64,000 nt of DNA. It comes from Octopus vulgaris (taxonomy: Eukaryota). Below, one piece after another: positions 1 through 12,828 of the stretch. The translations under genes were made by a program, and so were the position numbers. Under the pieces are notes generated by a model that saw only the letters and a program-made list of their open reading frames with translations, was not told where the DNA came from and searched no databases. The DNA is taken from NCBI GenBank assembly GCA_951406725.2, contig OX597823.1, forward strand, positions 35,898,001 to 35,962,000. Direction: 5' to 3'. Each line of letters begins with the position of its first letter. The stretch's first letter is position 1.

Positions 1-1440
1 TAGTGACATTTGCCACATTGCTGGCACTAACATCCCCACCGGCACTATATCTCGCCTGCTTGTTGGTCCATTGTCGTCCTCTGCTTCGATTGATTTGGTT
101 ACTATGGCTACTGACCAACCCTCCCTGGACTCTCTGCACGTCTCTTCACCATAGTTTTCCTCCTGCAAGTTTGAACACCAGCCGCTACCTTTTTCTAAAG
201 GAACCATTCTTTTCGATGTTTCTACCGGGTCACCCGACCCTTCGTTCCTGAACATCACAGTCGTTTTTGAAGCACTGCATTCACTATCACACCACGGCAT
301 TGCGGCCACAGTAAAGCTTATCTCGGTCCGCTTTTTCTGGGCAAATATGCGTCGGTCTATTACTGCTTGGTCATGTGCCTGTCTACCATGTCAGTGTTCC
401 AAGGTGCATCGTCACGTGCGAGTACCCCTTGGGCACTTTCAGAAACCAGACACCAGGTTCCATCACATACACATCGACCTGGTTGGTCTTTCGTCGGTCA
501 GTTGCGGATTTACTTATATACTGACCTGCATCGACCGATTTTCCAGATGGCCTGAAGCCATCCCCCTTGTGGACATTTCCGTGGAATCGGTCGCCAGAGC
601 CCTCGTCTCCAAGTGGATAACTCGCTTCAGAGTACCCTTCGGAATTACCACCAACCGTGGACGCCAATTTGAAGCTTATCTGTTTCGTGAGCTTTCGAGA
701 TTGCTCGGAATTCAGTACATCCACACCACAAGTTACCATCCCACCTCGAACGGGATGGCGGAACGGTTCCATCGCCAGCTTAAAGCCGCTATCCGTGCTG
801 CTCCGGATCCTTATCGTTGGTCCGAGTTTCTCCCCATTGTTCAGCTGGGGTGCCGTTCATCTCTTAAGGAGGATTTAGGATACTCCTCCGTTGAACTCTT
901 GTATGGCACCACCTTGGCACTTCCTGGCTAAATGTTGGCGCCCGTCGACTTACCGAATGCAGATCCGGCATCTTATGTCACGAGACTCAGGTCATTCTTT
1001 GCTGACCTGCTACCAATGCTTCTTCGCGACCAGTCTGTTTCTTCTACAGTACCTCCTGATATTTCTACTTGGACTCACGTATTTGTAAGAAATGATGCCA
1101 TCAAGGGACCGCTCACACCTACCTACTCTGGTCCCTATCGTGTTCTTAGGAGTACACCGAAACTATTCACTGTGGACATTCACGGAAAAAGGAGACTGTC
1201 TCTATCAACAGAGTCTAAGAAAAGCCTTTTCCGAAACATTTATGCCACTTGCTGACACACCTATCATTCCACAAACACTACCACCCCTCTCCCACAAGCA
1301 CCACTTCCACTCACGAAAATACCAACTACACAAACGCATTCTACATCCCTACAGAACACGTTCTGGCAGATTAGTTCATTGGCCAAAGAAATTGTCTCAG
1401 ACTATTTACATTTCTGAACTTTGCCTTGCCAGTGACTGTT
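1..1440 (+). mobile_element. Gypsy/Ty3 LTR retrotransposon pol 3' end (RNase H tail, HHCC zinc finger, rve integrase), pseudogenised
   Basis: From nt 2: SDICHIAGTN..TISR (RNase H end). HSLSHHG..C..C zinc-binding region. ORF 347-931 has [38 protein letters not shown]. In-frame TAA at 929-931, later frameshifts, C-terminal RTRSGR. Confidence 0.92.
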
Positions 1441-1533
1441 CCGGAGAAGAGACTTGTTTGTTATAGACACCGTACTCATATTTCTACTCTTTCTGTATCA
1501 TTGTGCATTTTCACACGTTTACTTACAAAGAAA

Positions 1534-1536
<3 letters not shown>

Positions 1537-1605
<69 letters not shown>

Positions 1606-1606
1606 A
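1537..1606. repeat. (TA)n microsatellite, representative of many (TA)n/(CA)n/(TC)n tracts in the window
   Basis: Directly visible. Confidence 0.95.
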
Positions 1607-4600
1607 TACGCAGCATACACACATTTTTCAACAAGATATTTGTTCTGTTTGATTGGACACCTTTCTTTGCTGAACGTTTCTTTCTTTTTACATATTTGCA
1701 TTGTATTTTTCAATTGTTCTTCCATAGTTCAGATTCTGTGTATCACACATTTTGTTCTCTACTAGAACAGACATTTTTTCTGCATGTGTCCTCCAAGTTT
1801 GTACACTTGCATTGTTCATATAACTGTTTTGCCATATTTCATTCTTCTCTGTCCTTCTATCGTACACGTACATTTCGCCTACCTTCCTTTTGTTCGACTG
1901 TTTGCGGTCTAAAGGTGGGGGCTGTAGGCGCAGTTACCTTCCCTGGCGGTAGCTGCCTAAATAGCTCGCCACTTGGAGGCACAACATGTAACTTTGAGGT
2001 TCCGGCATTCAGTCCTTTCTCTTTGTCATCGCGGCGGTAGCGTGTGAGGACGTAACCTCGTTAGCTCCTGCATAACGCATGCAACAGCTAACCGACATTC
2101 TGCAGCTATGAGGTAGAATACACAGAAGTTGAACATGACCTTCACTTGTAAACACCTTCCTTGATTATTCAACTTGCATATATTTGTGACCTCGAGTAAA
2201 AGCTTTACTGTGGCCGCAGTGCCGAGGTGTGATAGTGAATGGATTCATTGTACAGTGTTCTTTCTTCGAATGACATCTATTTCACCTTCCTGAACGGAGT
2301 CGTCATTTGATGGCTTCACCACGTGAGACCACGACCATCTATAAGAACTTAGACAGCTGTAAACTCCAGTGATACAGTATAACATCGTCTTCATTGATCT
2401 GAAACAAGTTTGGAATTCCATGCTAATTTCCCCACTAAAACTTTTACAAAGTCTTGCAAGTCATCTATTTCTTATCAATATCATTCAATCAATATGAAAG
2501 GAAGCAAATTTGCTAATGATTAAAGTTGCGTCTGTTTGAAAGATAAATAATTAAGCAGGTGTATGAAAATATAAAGAAGCCACTGTAATACTAACTTAGC
2601 ATTTCTTAATTACAGCAAAGCATTCGCCTGATAATGGAAAATATTGGCATTGTTTAACGTCACAAAACGTTTTGTCCATTTTAAAGGATATATATTTAGC
2701 CAAATGAATCGCTCAGTCTTTGATATTTCCTGGTACAGGAACCCTAAATTTGTCAGAATCTAGAAATATCGTAACTTCACTAGGGAGAATAATTCGATCA
2801 CGTAAGTATTTGTATTTCTTAAAGATGGTATTGTTTACTGACATCCGATTTCTTCAGCTGCCATATTATTAATTAACTTTTAGATTAATTTACATTATCT
2901 CCCCATGAATTCATTCTTTGTCTTCAATTACTTTCTATTATTTCTATTTATCGTCCAAACTGCCTGGAAATTAACACAAGATATCTTTTGATAAATATCC
3001 CCCATATAATTTTTAACAGTTATCTCATTAACATATATTTAATAATTAACCGCATATACATATAATAATTAATCTCATATACATATATTTAATAAATGAT
3101 CTCAGTAGCATATATTAATTTAAGAGAATATTAGGAAAAAATCTTAATATGTAATTTTTTTCACAAACGTTGTTCATTCCTTCTCCTTTTCCAGTCTTTA
3201 TATTTATGTTCCCTCTCTCTCTCTTTCTCTTCCTCCCTCTCTCCGTCCTTTCTCTTCCTCCATCTCTCCCCCTCTCTCACTTTCTCTCTTCGATAACAAA
3301 CAATATTAAATGTATCAGTATATAATTATTACATCCATTACTCCACTTTATTATTTCACACTACCGAACCTACACAACTCTAGATTATTAAAAACAACCC
3401 TTTAATGTATTCAGTAGCTAATTTTTTTACATAATACAAAAATGAATTAATACTCATGATTATGGCTTTTCCATTAAAATTTGCTCCATTCTTTTCAATT
3501 TCTTGTAATTTCCCGGCATTAATTGATATGTTACTTTTCGTCGTTGTCGTCGTAGTAGTAGGTGTAGTAGCAGCAGCAGCTTTACGTTTGCAAAGAAAGG
3601 ACGCTGTTCTTTGGAGCTCATGTAGTATTGAATTTTATTTTGAAGAATGTTATTTTGGTTTGTGTTGTACTATTTTGTTAATAAACCAACCAGCATGCTC
3701 TAGAGTTAGTTGGCTTTGTCAAATATTTGTCCCTTCGGGCGAATTTTGGAATTTTCAGTCTCAAAGTTACATATATTTTAAAGAAAAACAATATCGTTTC
3801 TCAAATAGAGGGAGACAGCTATAGGAAGAACCATTGTGGAAATAGTTTCCCATCACTACTTGCTACAGTAAATAGAGAACGTATGAATAATAATTGCAAC
3901 TGCAAAAACATAAGTGAAAAAGAACTTGCAGGAACAGTAACAGCATCAGCGACAATGAGAAGCAAGACAAAAAGAACATTGAAACAAACATGACTACCAC
4001 CACCATCACCACCACCACCAAGTAGCAGAGCTTTCTTTACAGAACAAAGACATGCAAAAGTGCTTCTTTCCAAAAATTGCAGAGCAATATGCCTGAACAC
4101 GTTACAACAAATTCACATGGAAACCCAAAGAAAAATAATGACATATAAATGCATTTGGAGCAAAATTAAGCGACTTGAGCGAGTAGCGTTGCTTTAAACT
4201 AATCTCAACCTATGTCACTTGAAAAACTGAAGCGAGGTTTCCTACCAAAGAAGCAGCGAAGAGAAATCCAATTGCAACGAGAAAGAGTAACGAACTGCTA
4301 CTGATTTAAATATACTTCGGTTCGAGAGCAAAAATATAGGTGACCGGGGTATCGCCAGAAGTAGATATCGCCTTGCTTGTGGCAGTCGTAATATATGGCA
4401 CAGATAAAACGAGTATTCTACAAGTCTACAAACTAGGAAAGAAAAATTTGTCAGGCACAGAAATGCAACAATTTATCCAGACCGAGCAGGCATGGCAGTC
4501 ATCCCTGACTTTATCGCCCACCTAAATGATTTTCACCTACTCATAGCAGTGAGGACAGAAGGCCCAAATGATATATATATGTAGAGATGAAAACCAGCTA

Positions 4601-4769
4601 AGAGCTTTCTGCAGAAAAAGGAAGACCCCTCTACTGCTAACGCTTTCACCACAACAGGAACATTTGTAACAAAAGCAGAAGCAGCAACATCAACAAAAGC
4701 AGCACCAACAACAGTTGAATCAAGAGCAGCAGCATCAAAATATCAGCAACAGCACGAAAAGGAACAAGA

Positions 4770-6822
4770 AAAATGTCTGCCGAACATGTGCTGGAGGGCC
4801 CGCGGGCTGTGGAGTCTGGTCTCGCTGATGGCAATGATACGCAGATTCTATGACTTTATGTCATTTAATAGGTAGCTTTGTTTCCAAGGCGACCCCGAGC
4901 CACGTACATTTACACTACCTATTTTGAGCATGTTCTTATCGAAAGTTGTGTTTTACACACGAAAGGAAGACGAAAGACAGAGTCACGGTCCGAAAGTTGC
5001 TTGTCCTTCACCTCACTGACTTATCCCAGAAGGCTTTTGTATAGTTTTTTTAGACAGGTATTTTTGAAATCTCCCTACTGCATCCGGGTAGGGAGATTCC
5101 AGTGTTCTGTGTGTGTTGTGTGTATGATTTTAATGTGTTGTGGTGGTGTTGTGCGTTGGTGATTCTTTGTTTTGGTATCGTTTTTTTTGTTATGTTGGTG
5201 TTTGACCTAATGTATTCCATTAGGTCTAGATTGTTGGTGTTTATAGCTATCAACATTGCTGGGGCATTTGGTGTTAGTGTGTTTGTGTTGATGCTTTTGT
5301 TTTCTGCGGATGTTTTGGTTTGTCTGCTTCTCTATTCTTTTTCCCCCTTTCTCTGCTTCTCCCTGTAGCCAATCCTCTGTGTCGTCTTCATCTGACCACA
5401 TGTCGGAGGAATCAGAGAGTGGGAGAGGAAGGGTATTTGGGTCTATAGGTGATTTTGTTGTTGGTGCTGGTTGGTGACAGTTGGGATGTGATGTATGGGT
5501 GTTGAGGGCTGGGATATAAGTCTTTTTGGTTTTCTCTTCTTCCTTTGGAGTTTTTGTTGGTGGCGGTACTGCTTCTGTTCTTTGTGGAGCTGGTGGTGGT
5601 GGTGTTTGGTTGGGCGGCAGGCTTGTTGGTTGCTGATGTTCCTTCGTTTATTTGTAGAGCTATTTAATTAGTTGTGCATAGGGCGTTGTGGATAACAGTG
5701 CTGGGTTTTTTCTCGGTTTTTGGTTTTCTTATTGTTGTTGTTCGTGATCTTGTTGTCGTTATTGTTTCTGTGTTAGTGGGCAACTGATTTTCAGATGTGA
5801 TTCGCTACCACAAAAGTAGCAACGTGGCTTTCTGCCTACGACGGCCACATGCAAACTCGAATCGTCTGTCAGTTTGATTTGATGTGGAATTTTTCCGAAA
5901 TTCATCGGATCAATTTAAGCAAGAATTTCAACTCCTTAACTAATCCAATTTTGCTGGTCCAGGACAGCGATTTCCAAGATATGGATTTCGTCCTCGATGT
6001 CGTAACAAATGGCAGACACAAGCCATTTTATTTCTATTTCAGGGGTCACATTTTTTATTTTTATTTTTGTGACCCTACGACCAAGGTATGTAGGGATCAT
6101 TATTAAGTTGTTGCATTCAAAGAACTTTTTGGAGAGGGCCTTGGCTCTTTCTTCACTGTTGAATCTAACTTCGATCGTGGCAAATCTGTTTCCCCTCGTG
6201 ATGTAGTCTTTAAAGGCCCATATTGGCCTCAAACAGTTTTCTACTTTTTTTGAGTGGCCGTTTTGTATAGTTTTGTTTTTAGGTTGTTTTGAAAATAATT
6301 GTTTTTGAGATTTTTCTGTGATGCTTTGTGGTGTCTGTAGTTGTATGGTGTGTTCGTCTGTTTTAAACATTGTCTTGCAGGTAGGCAGTTCTTCCTTCGA
6401 AAAGAACATGATTTTTTTTCTTTTGCTTTGAAGTTGCAGCAAAATTGTTTTGAGTATTCGTGTTGGTTGTGGTGGTGATGGCGGTAGTGGTGGTGGCAGT
6501 GTTTATAGTAGTAAACGTATTTGTTTCTTTGTATCTTCTAAAACCTGTGTATGTTCAAGCGGAACGGATTTAGCTTCCCTCGCCTCTGGCAAGTCGATGG
6601 CTTCCTGGCTTGGCTTAGCCATTTTCGTTTTGAATATGGATAGGAAACCGAAGAAAATTTTTTTAAATTTTGGTAATAGCAGTAATTTGCTATTACAAGA
6701 TTTACTGGTGTTGAAGGAGATGGTATTAAACACCTACTTCACAAAAAATATTCCACAAATTTACAGTACTTCTACACACACAAAAACTTACTTGGAGCCG
6801 GTTTTTCTACAGTCCATTCAGG
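4770..6822 (-). mobile_element. Tx1/L1-clade LINE, degraded ORF1 plus the start of the ORF2 APE endonuclease
   Basis: ORF1 pieces (5936-6442, PTYLGRRVTKIKI). CCHC knuckle CYFCGSESHLKISC at about 5779-5821. ORF2 starts at 4931: MLKIGSVNVRGSGSPWKQ..IIAISETRL, then is lost. Confidence 0.8.
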
Positions 6823-6837
6823 AGAGGGAGAGAGAGA

Positions 6838-8450
6838 GATTTCTTTATTGGCCACGCAGGGCTGAACACAGAAAGGACAAAATACAAAGTAGGTTTCCTT
6901 TTTGAGAAGAAGAGAAGGAGAAAAAAATGGTTCGAGTTCCGATCAAAAGGGATCATGAAAATAAAAAAAAAATGGAGCCCATCAATAGGGATCGTGTATC
7001 ACAGAAATGTCAATATAAAAAGAGAAAACAGATTAGGTTTGTCCGTAGATAGAAAAGCCTACGGAAAAGACCACAGGAACCTTGGGCAATAGTGTCATGC
7101 AAAAAGTAAACACATTACAGTAAGTGGCTCTCTGTTTTCCTTTCGTTTTTTGTGTTTTTTCTTTTGGTTCATAGGATTACGCTCAAGCTGGCTCCGTCAT
7201 TCATACGTGCCATCCTTGCTACATTCACCCATCTTTTTGTGAAACATTCCCTAGACAAAACTTCCCTCTGTACTCTCACCTTCCTCTTCAAGTGATACTT
7301 GAAGTTGATGAGAGATTAACCAGAGAGTAAAGTGTTTGTCTCTAGACCTTTCAGACGCGTCCACCATACACATTCTTTCGCGATAGCCACAAGTACGATG
7401 AAAATGGCTCTTCCTTCCCGTTTCAAGGAAGGAGGCGCGACAGTATTCCCGATAGACTAGGTTTATAAATCGACTCGTCCCACACGCGATAGCAGTTGTT
7501 CGACATAGGCCCACAGGTCGGAAATGGTTGGACACTGTATGAGTGCGTGCAGGACGGTTTCGTCGCTCTGACCGCATCTCGGACAGGTCGGCCCTGTGTT
7601 TCTCGAGCCATGCCTGTAGAGCTTATCCCGAACGGGTAGTGCTTCTCGATAGCACTGCCATGCCAGGGATCTCTGGAAGTTGTCCATAGGTCCCGGCCCG
7701 AAAGTCGTCTTGAACAGGCGGGTCAGGTATTTTTCGTCAACGCCTAGGTTCGCCCCGAGATTGTCGTCGTACCTCCCCTCCACTAATCCCCTATAGAATG
7801 CTGTGGTTGTGTTAAAGTCGCTCAAGGTCGACCCGGGACGGCATAGTTACCTGAGAGCAACGCGACATTTGCGGTGACATTCGCCCTTCCTCAGACCCTT
7901 TTGATCCACGACTGCAGTTCGAACATGGAGACGAGCTGCGGGAAAGCACGCCTCACAAACGGCGACCACACCTGTTCCCCATTCGTCTACGTAGAGCCGG
8001 AGATGTTGCAGTCTCAGCGTGTCTGAACATCATCATAAGTCTGATCTCACTTATGGCTATGATTTCTAACTTGTGTGACTTTATGTCACTTAACAGGTAC
8101 CCTTGTTTCCAAGAGGGCCCCAAGCCACGCACATTCACACAACCAATCTTGATTATAATCCTAGTGAATTAAAACACAAACGAAAGGAACAGAGGGTTAC
8201 TTACTGCTCGAAAGTTTTTGCTTTCCCCTCCTTCGGTTTGTCGTCGAGGAGATCCCAATACAGTTTCTTTGCAAGGTATTCTTGGCATTTACTAACCGCA
8301 CTGGGGAAAATTCCTTTTAGTGTGTGGTGTAGACTTCGTGAAATGTGTAGTATTTGGATGTGCTCCGGTGGTGTTGTGCATGAGTGATTGTTTTTATGTC
8401 ATCTTTTGTTAGGTTTGTTTTTGATTTGATATATTCCACTGAATTTAGGT
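6838..8450 (-). mobile_element. Tx1/L1-clade LINE with internal ORF2 deletion (APE N-terminus fused to C-terminal zinc-binding region) and intact 3' UTR
   Basis: 7953-8138 NVRGLGPSWKQGYLL..IIAISEIRL joined to the post-RT region. 7463-7825 WQCYREALPVRDKL..CPRCGQSDETVLHALIQC (zf-RVT-like). 3' tail ..TGGCCAATAAAGAAA. Confidence 0.82.
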
Positions 8451-8502
8451 AAATAATCCTTCGAACAGACGGTCAGTAGCGACGCCTGCTGGCTTCGGCT
8501 AC

Positions 8503-8545
8503 TCTGCATTGATAAAGGGAAAATACCCTGAAACATGTCAGCAGA
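8503..8545 (+). ncRNA. Putative type I hammerhead ribozyme, U3-A8 core variant
   Basis: TCTGC-A-TTGATAA-AGGG aaaata CCCT-GAAAC-AT-GTC-A-GCAGA, with palindromic ACATGT stem III, inside a longer stem (about 8458-8592). Confidence 0.6.
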
Positions 8546-9668
8546 TGCCTGACCAGCAAGGGGAAGCGGCTGACCTCCCGTATTCGAAGGTTATAATGGA
8601 CACAGGTTCGTGTGTCATATAGCTAGCTAGAGGCGATGGCCTCTTGGAGCTAATCAACGGCAGCTTTTGTCCTATACTTATGGACTGCCATATTAGCTTG
8701 GTCTAACTATTAATATCCAGTACCGCTGCCGTAGTCTCCTCTAGAGATACTTAGAAATAATGATATTTCTATTGATGTATATATATATATATATATATGA
8801 TAGACCGTTAGCCACTACACACATTTTTTTCTCCTTGTTTTTTCTGTGTCCCTTTCTGTAGAAGAGTATAGGCTCGAAACGTAAAAGCCTTTTTCTATTC
8901 CTGAACGTTATACTAATACGTCTGTTTGTTTTGTACACCACCTGTCTTCGTCTTTTTTCGTAAAGTAAGAGTGTGCGTGTGCGTGTGTGTGTGAAAAAGA
9001 CTTTTGCATTCGAAGTATGGTGTTGATATTGTTAATACCATCTATTGCAAATGTTTTAAATTCGTAATATTAAGAGCGCTAACTTGATTGCTTCAAAAGT
9101 TTAATATTATTTTAAGCTGTAAAATATTAAATTAGCACGAAGTCTTAAGGATGCTGTGAGCATCATCCTGTTTAGAAATGTGAGCTAAAATCTTAATTCA
9201 ACCGCCAGATAGCACCATAAGAAACATTTTACGAGGAAACGGACAAAGCATCAAGAAGCATACCTATGAAGATTATGCCGTACAGATGCTCATATACTAT
9301 TGTTCGCCCGAGGGATTTAATCTTCCTCAGTATGCGTTACTAGGCAAAAAATTCCAAATCTGTCCCGTTATATATTCATTAGCGCTGTGGCTTGTATTGC
9401 TCCAAAATCTTGCAACGCATGGTGCAAAATATTTTTGAGCAAAAACACTCGAATGTTTACATTCGAAATAAAATGTTCCTATTTTTAATACCATCTATGG
9501 CAAATATGTTTACTTTTTAATAGTAAATGAGAATAGAAAATCGTTGATAAGCAGCGCCAAAATTAAACGGTTAGAGTGTATATTATCAATACATCACGTG
9601 ATTTCGAAATTTAACCAATAAGGTCTTGTTTCTCTTCAGAAGCATCTACCAACTACTCAGGGAGGGAT

Positions 9669-9703
<35 letters not shown>

Positions 9704-11163
9704 TCGTGTTTATCAGTATCTACATGGGTTTTCTGAAATCTGTCCCAGGTTTTACACATGCAAAGGAAGAAACTGTGGTAAACACTCTGCAATCAAAGTT
9801 AAATTTTCTTAAAAGTTACGGATATGTTGAGAATGTATGGAGCCTACTTTTATAGCAACAAGTGTTTCCTGATACCATTCTTTCTTCCCCCTCCATTTCA
9901 TTTCTGCAATGCTAAAATGAGTCTAAAAATATTTTATCTACAAGATTATTTCTCTTTTATTATCAGAAAATGCGGAAACTGTTTTGCAAATTTATAAGTT
10001 AGCTTTCTAAACACGAATATAGTTCATGTCGGATTCGAGTGAAAGGAACAGTTCAACCACAAGGTTAAGACATTTCATGCTTTGAATATTGTTACATATA
10101 CTGAATGAGACCAACTGTGGCGTAACTTAAATTTCCTTTACACAATCATTAGTCCACCATACTATACAGCATCCATGGAAGTGATTTCAAAACATTTAAA
10201 ATAAAATGCAGTGAATTTTATGTCTGTTCTCAGAGAAATGACTGCCACGGGAGAGAAATTAATTCTTGAAATTCAATATGACAATTAGCAGTTTCTTCAC
10301 TTAAAAGCAAGTTTTCTAATTTAGTTTTCATATTTAGATAAATTCAAATTTAACAAGTTTTTCGTCTCTAGTTTTCTTTAAAATGTACGAAATAAAATTA
10401 ACTGGCGATAAATTAATTTAAATGATCAATTTTAAATAGTGAGTAATCAGCTTTTGCTATTCTTTAACAAAGATCTCAAGTATCCATTAGCTCACTTAAT
10501 TATTTTTAATGTTGAACAATATGTTCATTCCTATAAGACAGTCTCGTACACCAAAATTAATTCAACAGTTTGCTATGCATTTCAGAAAAATCAATTTCTA
10601 GAAACAAATAATATTTCTTCCTGTGCGTGAGAAGTTAACACCATGGTAGACTGGAAGATCGACTCAATATCAACAAATTATGTCTGCAACAATTGTTTAA
10701 CAGACATAAAAGTCCTGATTTAGCAGACATAAAGGCGTTCTAATTGTGACTAACCATCCTGTGTCTTTTTATATATCAGGGACTATATAATCCAAGGTTT
10801 CTTATTTAAGATGGATTGGTATGATTTGCGGGCGATTAGGATGTCGTTTCTGGCAGGTCAAATGACCATGTACATGATCCTGCGTTTGAATAATCCTTGT
10901 GAAAAGGTTCCACATTCAATCAATTCAAATGACATATAATCTAACGACAACACCTTACTATTACAGCACGAAATTATTCGCTAAATAAGCTGCTGATCTA
11001 CCTTTGGTTAATTCTAACTAAAAAACAAAACCGGAATGAACTTTGAGACCGAAGACACCACGCGATTTATGCAACTAAACTTGAAAACAGTTCTATATTT
11101 AAGAGATGAGGAATTATGCACATTATTTACATTTGACGGATATTTGTCCTCATCTTGTTTGTT

Positions 11164-11208
11164 AATACAACGTTTCGGCTGATATACCCCCAGCGTTCAT
11201 CAGGTGTC
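11164..11208 (-). ncRNA. Putative minimal hammerhead ribozyme of PLE terminal repeat
   Basis: Minus strand GACAC-CTGATGA-ac-GCTG..CAGC-c-GAAACGTT-GTATT. Related copies at 39153-39195 (+) and, degenerate, about 33300-33340 (-). Confidence 0.55.
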
Positions 11209-11828
11209 TTGGGGAAATTCTCATTCTTAAGGCATTTTTCGATATTATTATTATTCAGGTCACTGCTTGGAATCGAACTCGGAATCTTGGGATTAGTAGC
11301 CCACGCTCTTAACCACTACACCATATGCCCGTGGAGTGAATATGGAGTGAATTTTAGGGCTTATAAATCTAATATTTTCCTATCCTTCCTTAATACCGGT
11401 TCCCATATGCTATGCATATCTGCACTGTCTGCTTAGGAGGTTGTTGTGTCCTAGCATATGTGCTGCTTCTTTTAGTTTTCGTGTTTTCCACTGGTGTTCT
11501 CTGTCTATTAATTTAACTTCATCCCACAGGGGAAGGTGGTCTCCACTTTTCCATACATGATCAGCTATACCTTATTTTATCAATATCTCCTTGTGTCATG
11601 TATGGAAAAATGGAGACCACCTCCCCTTGTGGAACGAAGTTCAAATAATAGACAGCGAACACCACTGGAAAATACGAAAACTAAAAGAAGCAGCACCTTT
11701 GCTAGGACACAACATCCTCCTAAGCAGACCGAGTACAGATATGAATAACATATGGGAACCGGCATTAAGGAAAGATAGGAAAATATTAGATTTATAAGCC
11801 CTAAAATTCACTCCATATTCTCTCCACG

Positions 11829-11900
11829 GGCATATGGTGTAGTGGTTAAGAGCGTGGGCTACTAATCCCAAGATTCCGAGTTCGATTCCAAGCAGTGACC
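11829..11900 (+). ncRNA. tRNA-derived Pol III module (A and B boxes) embedded in a repeat; not a functional tRNA
   Basis: GGCATATGGTGTAGTGGTTAAGAGCGTGGG CTACTAA TCCCAAG..GAGTTCGATTCC; acceptor stem does not close. Inverted copies at about 11257-11330 and 39080-39152. Confidence 0.7.
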
Positions 11901-12828
11901 TGAATAATGATAATATCGAAAAATGCCTTAAGAATGAGAACCCAGGTTCGAAATTTCCCCAAGAAGGTATATCAGCCGAAACGTCGTATTAAGATGAGGA
12001 CAAATATCCATCAAATGTAAATAATGTAAACTTGAAAACCTTTCTTACATATTCATTGATTGGGATTTCATTGGGATTAAAATTCAAATGAATTTCAAAG
12101 TAGGATTTTCATAAAATCTTGGCTTTGGAAATGGCTCAAAGTCACCAATATATGAACCAATTAAAACAGATCTAAAGAGTTAGCCCGTTTTGTGTGGGAG
12201 TCAGAAGCAAAATAAGAGTTAAACATATTACTAAGAATCTGGAATAACGTTTTCAGAATTGGCATTATGTTCAAGATTCTTAGAAGGGCTAATCGACTAT
12301 AATACTCCACTTGTGCTTTAATAACCTCGAAAGCGTAAAAGCAAAGTTAATTTTGGAGGAATTGAACTCAGCATGTAAATAACCAGAACAAATACTTCAA
12401 TGTATTATCCGACGTTCTAAAGATTCAAGTAATCAACCTAAACTGATATCAATTCAAAGAAAGATTGTATATTAGCTAAATCATGGTTTTTCCAGCCAAA
12501 ACCGATTGCCTTTTATGATTGTATACAGTCGTTTGGGGCCACCAACGCTCCAATGATTCCCTTTGGAGGAATAAAATTAAGAGCAACCTTAATGGTATTT
12601 GACCTCAGAATATGAAGAGATGAAACTAACAGGTAACCGACTGTCTTTATCAATTTCATTGCTATTCTATAATGAATAAAATGGATCATGTTCATTTAAA
12701 ATACAATTTCTATAGGAAAAAAATCTAAATGACAACTACCAGTTTTGCACCCATTTTCATATTTCATAAAAATGCTTTCACAAGTAAATATTCTTTTACA
12801 GTTTCTAAAATCGCTTCAGGTTCGAACA

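Larger units (their letters stand above)
11089..12026. mobile_element. Penelope-like element foldback insertion (GIY-YIG C-terminus, tRNA-like module and hammerhead as two inverted arms), 13-bp TSD
   Basis: Arms about 11125-11560 and 11595-12026 are inverted. ORF 11591-11797 HVWKNGDHLPLWNEVQIIDSEHHWKIRKLKEAA resembles a PLE endonuclease tail. TAAACTTGAAAAC at 11076-11088 and 12027-12039. Confidence 0.75.

Noticed and set aside
1911-2160. Polypurine tract followed by TGT, a possible LTR start
   Set aside because: No second LTR or clear CA end in the window to confirm.
3456-4760. Short ORFs with CAG/CAA/CAC runs suggesting a polyQ exon
   Set aside because: No sustained frame, splice pattern or domain; low-complexity sequence.
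8850-8890. Additional hammerhead (GAGC-GTAG-GCTC-GAAACGT, also near 28975-29005)
   Set aside because: The stem II and GAAA side fits, but no acceptable CUGANGA core is present in either copy.
11829-11900. Functional tRNA gene (ACT anticodon-like loop)
   Set aside because: Acceptor stem does not pair and the sequence recurs inside repeats; treated as a tRNA-derived module.
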